Source: an uncultured virus (IMG/VR IMGVR_UViG_3300028372_000001) (lineage: Duplodnaviria > Heunggongvirae > Uroviricota > Caudoviricetes). From it: a DNA stretch of 20,000 bases. The notes below the pieces were generated by a model, which did no database searches, was not told the origin of the DNA, and saw nothing but the letters and a program-made list of their open reading frames with translations. This document shows positions 7,550-12,595 of this stretch, piece after piece. Each line of letters begins with the position of its first letter. Position 1 is the first letter of the stretch. Location: the IMG/VR virus record IMGVR_UViG_3300028372_000001. One strand, given 5' to 3'. Made by a program: the position numbers and the translations under genes.

Positions 7550-8635
7550 TCACCCGATGAAATAGTCAAGTATATCAGCATGGTCTTCGAAAAGTTGATC
7601 CCGCATTCTATGGACTTCAGCGAATGGGAACCACCATGCTTTCAAGATTCCGGGACCTGCCCGTAAGCCCTTCACAGGGAGTGGACGAGAAGAATCAAGT
7701 TCGTAGTAGAAGGCCGTTGTAAGCGTTCTATTTCGGTCTGTCGTAAGCCTAGCACGCAATGAGCGATTAGGATTGTCAAATTCGTGTTTATCAGTCAATG
7801 AACCTTTGAATGCTTTTACTGGCACATCAAGATTAGTCTCACTTAGCACCGCACGAATAGAAGCGTCTTCAAGCGTTTCATTCGGTCCAAGGTGAACCCC
7901 CGGCAATGCCCATTGTCCATAGCCCATGGGGTTTCCACGCTGCACCAATAGCACGTGTCCAGACTGTGCCACAACCGAATCAACCGTCTGGAATGTAATG
8001 CCGTATGGTAGAGCCTCATATAACTTTTCTTCACTCCTAATATATTCATATTCTTCACGAAGAATCTTGAATTCATCACTTAGAATGAAGTCTTGCATCC
8101 AGTTGTAAACATAGGGAGTAACATTACTTTCAATGTAACCGAGGTGCCCCTCAAATATAAGTTCACGGATTTTGGTAGAGGACACAACCTTACCAGCGTT
8201 TCCTTTGACGTATGGCCCAGTTTCAACAAACGACCAGTTAGGGAAGTTCTCACGAAGGTAATAACTACTTGAATCCTTTTCGTGTCCAATAATTCCGATA
8301 CGCGGATTGGTCTTGCCAGTCGTATAACGAGCAATATCAGCTACAGAACCTTGAATAAAAGTAATCCATTTAGATTCTTTGTAGCGATGATCTTCCGCAT
8401 GTATGAATGTAAGTTTAGAAAAATCAATACCATCTGCAAGGGCAGAGTTGCTAAGCATATCTTGCCGCTCTGCGGCGGTCCATGGATTTTTTGGTGTGCG
8501 GGCGGCGTTGGATGAACCAATTATGATAATAACTTGATCTGCCGCGTTGGCTGCCTGTCGCAGCGTAGACATATGTCCATCATCGGAAGGTTCGAACCTT
8601 CCGATGTAAACAATTGCATCGTATTCTTTACTCAT
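7550..8635 (-). CDS. nadM: NMN adenylyltransferase-Nudix fusion (NadM-Nudix/NatV-like) with degenerate catalytic motifs
   Basis: YIGRFEP..GH, IIGSSN..RTPKNPW, IGHEKDSSSYYL..FP.W, SSTKIRE, TVDSVV.QSGHVLL, WALPG, RSLR.R..T and FEDH. Start placed at the second ATG (8635) from SD spacing; the ORF track uses 8641. Confidence 0.92.
   Translation of the reverse strand: MSKEYDAIVYIGRFEPSDDGHMSTLRQAANAADQVIIIIGSSNAARTPKNPWTAAERQDMLSNSALADGIDFSKLTFIHAEDHRYKESKWITFIQGSVADIARYTTGKTNPRIGIIGHEKDSSSYYLRENFPNWSFVETGPYVKGNAGKVVSSTKIRELIFEGHLGYIESNVTPYVYNWMQDFILSDEFKILREEYEYIRSEEKLYEALPYGITFQTVDSVVAQSGHVLLVQRGNPMGYGQWALPGVHLGPNETLEDASIRAVLSETNLDVPVKAFKGSLTDKHEFDNPNRSLRARLTTDRNRTLTTAFYYELDSSRPLPVKGLRAGPGILKAWWFPFAEVHRMRDQLFEDHADILDYFIG
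8581..8606. repeat. Perfect 26-bp palindrome inside the NMNAT signature codons
   Basis: catcggaaggttc|gaaccttccgatg is its own reverse complement. Confidence 0.95.
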
Positions 8636-8655
8636 AGCCATATCTCCTATGTGCT
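8636..8655 (-). promoter_or_regulatory. RBS-containing hairpin, copy 1, directly before the NMNAT-Nudix ATG
   Basis: Minus strand AGC-A-CATA-GGAGA-TATG-GCT then ATG. Confidence 0.7.
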
Positions 8656-8671
8656 GAGTGATATACTGTGT

Positions 8672-8700
8672 ATTATATAACTATTTATCTAACTTGTCAA
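8672..8700 (-). promoter_or_regulatory. Consensus sigma70 promoter of the NAD operon, with a GATAAATA box (8682-8689) in the spacer
   Basis: Minus strand TTGACA-agttagataaatagtta (17 nt)-TATAAT. Confidence 0.9.
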
Positions 8701-8710
8701 GTGGTATAAT

Positions 8711-8738
8711 AAGAAAGGGGCCAGATGGCCCCCTTCTT
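8711..8738 (-). terminator. Intrinsic terminator after the structural gene 8755-9999
   Basis: Minus strand ggggcca-tc-tggcccc-tttctt. Confidence 0.8.
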
Positions 8739-8754
8739 AAGCATTATATAGGGA

Positions 8755-9999
8755 TTAAATCTCTACGTCAATGCGTGTTGCGTTTACAGTTGTGGTATCC
8801 GTAGATGTAATCTGCAGACCCATCGTCTGAGCAGCGCCTGTACCCGATAGTACCACATCGAACTTTAGACCTAAAATAGCGCCATTCAAGCGAAGCTTGG
8901 AACTGACGCTCCAATCAACCTCGGTAGCATCGGCCCCGGCTGTCCCATCATGCGTTGCATAAACTTCAACAGATTCTTTCTGCGTCGGATCACCTTCATC
9001 AAACACAGTGACAAACCATTTTGAGGTCTGAATATCATCAATTAACACAGTATCCACTGTCGTTGCTGTCGTAACGCCCGTAGAAACAGACGTGTTTGGC
9101 GCAACATCAGCGATAGCAATGTCAAGAGCGTCAATAGATGCTGTAATGGTCTGACCATCTGTTACGAAATTATCTTCAGTGTAAGTTCGGTTACCAATAG
9201 CGATATCAAGAGCATCCAAAGATGCGGTTACAGTCTCGGCATCCGTTACAATGTTTTGTTCAGTGTATGTGCGATCACCAATTGCGGTATCAAGTTCACC
9301 AATTGCAGCCTCAAGTGTACCACCTTGAGTAACAACTACTGCGGAGGAATAAGTTGGCGTTTCGGAGCCAGCAGCCGTCTTACCAATGAAGGCACGAATA
9401 AATGCTAGTTCCGCGTTATTTGTAGTAGAAGCGATTTGCTGCCATACTGTACTGTCATACACCCATTGTGACTCAGCATACGTACCATCTTGAACAAGTA
9501 ATGCGTCGCCGTCGGTTGCTGTGTTTACGTCTTCCGTGAATGTCCAGTTCCCTGTTGAACCAGAAACAATATAAACGTTCTCGTTACCAGTTGTCAAATC
9601 CGTAAAGAGAACGCGATCATCTGCGGCAATTGTAACACCATCAACCGTATCACCTACGTTTGCCGCTGTTTCTGCTGCGGTAATATCAGCGTATGTGGTA
9701 TCATCAAGTACGAGGATGGGCTCTCTCCATGAGAGACCGTTGATTAGGTTATCAACGTAAGACTTGGACGCAGACTGTACCCAGTCTGCAGCTGCATTTG
9801 TGTCAGTAATTTTCTGATAAACTACAGAAATTGATGCCGATGCGTCCGTTCGCAAATAAATGGAACCAACGGGGGCATCATCTTGGTAACTGGTATCGCC
9901 ACCGGGTACGCCAGAACCAGATAGGACGCTACCCGCACGGGTACCGTCTTCTTCATCAATTGAAAGTCCAAGTGCAACTCTGAATAGATCTAATGCCAT
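8755..9999 (-). CDS. Putative virion structural (fibre/decoration-type) protein
   Basis: Acidic and Thr/Asp/Ala-rich. Has KSYVD...GLSW and VDGVTI...DRVL....EN.VY segments typical of phage fibre proteins, 28-aa internal repeats and a C-terminal beta-rich domain. Late box CATAAATA and AAGGA SD upstream. Confidence 0.7.
   Translation of the reverse strand: MALDLFRVALGLSIDEEDGTRAGSVLSGSGVPGGDTSYQDDAPVGSIYLRTDASASISVVYQKITDTNAAADWVQSASKSYVDNLINGLSWREPILVLDDTTYADITAAETAANVGDTVDGVTIAADDRVLFTDLTTGNENVYIVSGSTGNWTFTEDVNTATDGDALLVQDGTYAESQWVYDSTVWQQIASTTNNAELAFIRAFIGKTAAGSETPTYSSAVVVTQGGTLEAAIGELDTAIGDRTYTEQNIVTDAETVTASLDALDIAIGNRTYTEDNFVTDGQTITASIDALDIAIADVAPNTSVSTGVTTATTVDTVLIDDIQTSKWFVTVFDEGDPTQKESVEVYATHDGTAGADATEVDWSVSSKLRLNGAILGLKFDVVLSGTGAAQTMGLQITSTDTTTVNATRIDVEI
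9113..9320 (-). repeat. About 84-nt (28-aa) degenerate tandem repeat, about 2.5 copies
   Basis: LDTAIGDRTYTEQNIVTDAETVTASLDA / LDIAIGNRTYTEDNFVTDGQTITASIDA / LDIAIAD. Boundaries approximate. Confidence 0.85.
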
Positions 10000-10020
10000 G
10001 AGTATTTTTCCTTACTATTA

Positions 10021-10028
10021 TATTTATG
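10021..10028 (-). promoter_or_regulatory. Late promoter box CATAAATA
   Basis: About 22 nt upstream of the ATG at 9999. A second copy, CTAAATA, is at 10098-10104. Confidence 0.7.
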
Positions 10029-10044
10029 AAAGTGTTTAACATAA

Positions 10045-10077
10045 TTACACTTTTACGGCACATATATCTAATGCCAT
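10045..10077 (-). other. Chimeric mini-ORF MALDICAVKV*
   Basis: ATG GCA TTA GAT ATA TGT GCC GTA AAA GTG TAA, preceded by the duplicated AAGGA SD and TAAATA box. Translation is unproven. Confidence 0.55.
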
Positions 10078-10129
10078 GAGTATTTTCCTTACTATTATAT
10101 TTAGTTTAGTTTGAATATTATATTCATAA

Positions 10130-10501
10130 TTACACTTTTACGGCACATATATCTAAAGGATGAGCTTCATTATTTGTCAAGGAGAATACAATGTTCGTGT
10201 TAGGCACTCCAGTTGCTACAATAACGTCAACTTCTGTGTTAGTATCATCACCAAGCTTTGATGATAGATTCCAATGCACATTACCTTCGTAGTCATGTAC
10301 CGTGGTGAGAACAAAATATTGTGTGCTTTGAATTAGGGAAGTTCTATCAGACACCGAAATTTGCCACCGTACAAAAGGGCACCCTGAACCGTCAAATGTT
10401 TCGACTATTTCAGTATCGCCCGGTGAAACGGTTAGCTCGATTGGTAAAGTATTGCCGCCTGTCCCACCAACAATTCGCCTTGTTAATATAATTCCTTCCA
10501 T
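10130..10501 (-). CDS. Small beta-rich putative virion protein resembling the C-terminal domain of 8755-9999
   Basis: VETFD...VRWQISVSD...VHD...SSKL pattern parallels VDTV...SKWFVTVFD...THD...SSKL. CATAAATA upstream. Confidence 0.7.
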   Translation of the reverse strand: MEGIILTRRIVGGTGGNTLPIELTVSPGDTEIVETFDGSGCPFVRWQISVSDRTSLIQSTQYFVLTTVHDYEGNVHWNLSSKLGDDTNTEVDVIVATGVPNTNIVFSLTNNEAHPLDICAVKV

Positions 10502-10539
10502 TAATCACCACCAGTTAGGTACATTATCACCCTAAAACT

Positions 10540-10565
10540 CTAAATATCACTATATGCTATTTATG
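10540..10565. promoter_or_regulatory. Pair of opposed late boxes: CTAAATA (+, 10540-10546) and CATAAATA (-, 10558-10565)
   Basis: Located in the short spacer between divergent genes; each box points at the gene on the far side of the other. Confidence 0.6.
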
Positions 10566-10583
10566 TCTTGAGAAGGGACCGCA

Positions 10584-11117
10584 ATGAGTAAAATTATTTC
10601 TTCCTTTTTTACTAATGCTGGGAGCCCTGCCGTTGGCTTGTCTCCTACCATTAGAATTTGGGAAGTAACAACAATTGGTGATACCCTAGTCGTCAACAGT
10701 GACGCAATGACAGAAGTGGGTGATGGCTTTTACAAATACGAGTTTGTTACGTATGATCCGACAACTCAATATTTAATTCGCACCGATGGTGGTGCTACTT
10801 TGCCCACTACTGAAAGATACCAAGAGGGAAGTAACCAAAACTCAGCGAACGAGGTCTGGAATCAACAGACCACGGACTTCAATGATCTTGGTACCTTTGG
10901 TGAACAATCTAACGATATCGACAGCAATGCAACGGCTGCTCTTGCAGTTCTTGACGTTCTTCTCAAATACGAATCCAACAGAACTCGCGTTGACCCTATA
11001 GCAAATACCCTTACAATATTTGACGATGACGGAACAACTATCTTACAAGTCTTTGATCTTAAGGATGAGAATAGCGATCCGTCCTCTACATGTATTTACG
11101 AGAGAGACCCACAATAA
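10584..11117 (+). CDS. Hypothetical acidic protein, probably virion-associated
   Basis: ATG after AAGGGA. EVGDGFYKYEF...DGG and LTIFDDDGTT segments; late-gene context. Confidence 0.75.
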   Translation: MSKIISSFFTNAGSPAVGLSPTIRIWEVTTIGDTLVVNSDAMTEVGDGFYKYEFVTYDPTTQYLIRTDGGATLPTTERYQEGSNQNSANEVWNQQTTDFNDLGTFGEQSNDIDSNATAALAVLDVLLKYESNRTRVDPIANTLTIFDDDGTTILQVFDLKDENSDPSSTCIYERDPQ

Positions 11118-11563
11118 TGCCTACAACAGGAAATTGCAGTGGTCCGTGCTTTGGGTGTGCTGGGAACGTCATACTCAAAGGTATGGCGGGAGACGGCAAG
11201 CGACTAGTTGTTGGATTCTTTTATCACCAGATCAGAGTAGAGGTTGATGATGTAAGACCGGGTGGTGCTGGTGGGCCTATACCGCCGCCGCCTGATCCCG
11301 GTATGCAGTATCATCCAGAGAGGGATACCACAGACCATAATAAGGTCGAAGTTACTGTTACAGTCAAGTGGCCATTCATGAATGAACCTAAGAGAATGCT
11401 CTTCATAATGGAGCGTCGGTGGGCAAACGTTGTAGTGAACCGAATCAATCAAATAAATACCTTTAACGAGAAGTTTAATGTGCGAATCGGTGAGCTAAAA
11501 GACGACTTTAAAGTCAAGTACACCGATTTCAAAGATAAATTTGGTGTCAAATGGAAGAAATGA
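11117..11563 (+). CDS. Hypothetical protein with N-terminal CxxxCxxC and Gly/Pro linker
   Basis: TAATG overlap with the upstream stop suggests a start at 11117 rather than 11090. Confidence 0.7.
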   Translation: MPTTGNCSGPCFGCAGNVILKGMAGDGKRLVVGFFYHQIRVEVDDVRPGGAGGPIPPPPDPGMQYHPERDTTDHNKVEVTVTVKWPFMNEPKRMLFIMERRWANVVVNRINQINTFNEKFNVRIGELKDDFKVKYTDFKDKFGVKWKK

Positions 11564-12345
11564 ATCTAGTCATAGCCGTGAACGTCCCTTATGAAGTGGA
11601 GATAACAGCCACCGGTATACCCTTGCATGAAGCAAAGGTAGAATTTTGTGTACATAAAAATGACGTAAGCTACAACTTTCCAGCAAAGATGGTTGATGAC
11701 AAGAAATTCATTTTTACTATTACCGAAGCATTAACTGGTATGTCAAATAAAACACACGAGTACCGACTATACGTATATTACGGTAACGCTCGGTTTGAAG
11801 CAGATACTGGTTCCTTCAACTTAGTTGACAAGAAAGCTTTTGATGTTAAGATGACTGGGGCGAAAGAAGAAAAGAAAGAGTCGTTACGTGATAGGCTTCT
11901 AGATAAAACAACCAAAAAGCCTGCCAAGAAAGTTGAAGTCACGCCCACACCAGAGCCTGCCGAAGAAGAAAAGGTTAAGGTAGAAAAGAAAGTTACAGCT
12001 ACTAAACCTACTCCAACACCAACAATAGAACCTACGACTACACTTGATCAAGCTAAAGATGCGCTCAAGAAGTCGAAGAAGATTACTGTTGAAGCTGTGA
12101 ATGAAGATGATTCAGCAGAAGATGCTAATGCGAAGGTCCGTAAAATTCTATCGTCTATTGATAAGAGAGCAGTGCCAACAGAATCAATGTCACCTACGCC
12201 AACCGTCGCACTTGAGCCAACAGAAACGCAGCAGCCGGGTCAGTTCTTTGCTGAAATTGAGCGTATGCGTGAAATTAACGAGAGTCGTCGCAGAAATAAA
12301 GTAGTCAAGGACGCTATTCGTAAGACTACGAAGAAAAACGATTAA
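11551..12345 (+). CDS. Hypothetical protein: beta-rich N-terminal domain plus charged Pro/Thr-rich tail
   Basis: 264-aa ORF; start may be 11560 (ATGA overlap). AATAAATA at 11452-11459 upstream. Confidence 0.75.
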   Translation: MEEMNLVIAVNVPYEVEITATGIPLHEAKVEFCVHKNDVSYNFPAKMVDDKKFIFTITEALTGMSNKTHEYRLYVYYGNARFEADTGSFNLVDKKAFDVKMTGAKEEKKESLRDRLLDKTTKKPAKKVEVTPTPEPAEEEKVKVEKKVTATKPTPTPTIEPTTTLDQAKDALKKSKKITVEAVNEDDSAEDANAKVRKILSSIDKRAVPTESMSPTPTVALEPTETQQPGQFFAEIERMREINESRRRNKVVKDAIRKTTKKND

Positions 12346-12529
12346 GCATAGCTATACGAGCTTCGCCTAATATTTCCTCTACCTTCTCCCTACAAGTCTG
12401 ACAACCGGAACAGACACCTGTGGTATAAGCTAAATCTTGAACGGTGTCAATATCAGGATCATTCATGATTTCTTCCATTATTTGAGATTCTGTCATATCA
12501 GCGCATAAGCAAACGTACATATCGTTCAA
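12326..12529 (-). CDS. bfd: BFD-like [2Fe-2S] ferredoxin
   Basis: MYVCLC...GVCSGCQTC fits C-x-C...C-x2-C. GGAGG SD; start is TTG 12529 or ATG 12520. Confidence 0.85.
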   Translation of the reverse strand: MNDMYVCLCADMTESQIMEEIMNDPDIDTVQDLAYTTGVCSGCQTCREKVEEILGEARIAMLNRFSS

Positions 12530-12541
12530 ATCAACCTCCAG

Positions 12542-12569
12542 AAAAAGAAAGGGGGCCAGTTGGCCCCCT
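12542..12569 (-). terminator. Intrinsic terminator after the 743-aa gene
   Basis: Minus strand agggggcca-ac-tggccccct-ttcttttt; stem similar to 8711-8738. Confidence 0.85.
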
Positions 12570-12595
12570 GAATCTATACCTAATGAATGTATAGC

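Larger units (their letters stand above)
9988..10156. repeat. Tandem duplication of an intergenic unit (78 and 85 nt) bounded by ATCTAA
   Basis: atctaatgccatgagtatttt(t)ccttactattatattta at 9988 and 10066; cataattacacttttacggcacatatatctaa at 10040 and 10125; atctaa at 9988, 10066 and 10151. Confidence 0.95.

Noticed and set aside
8655..8672. Possible NrtR operator in the NAD promoter
   Set aside because: Only a short AGT-gatat-ACT inverted repeat (GT-N5-AC), not the GT-N7-AC palindrome, and no helix-turn-helix domain on the Nudix protein.
9988..10156. Repeat-spacer-repeat pattern resembling a mini CRISPR array
   Set aside because: Only two units, derived from flanking coding and RBS sequence; spacers are 13 and 21 nt; no cas genes in the window.
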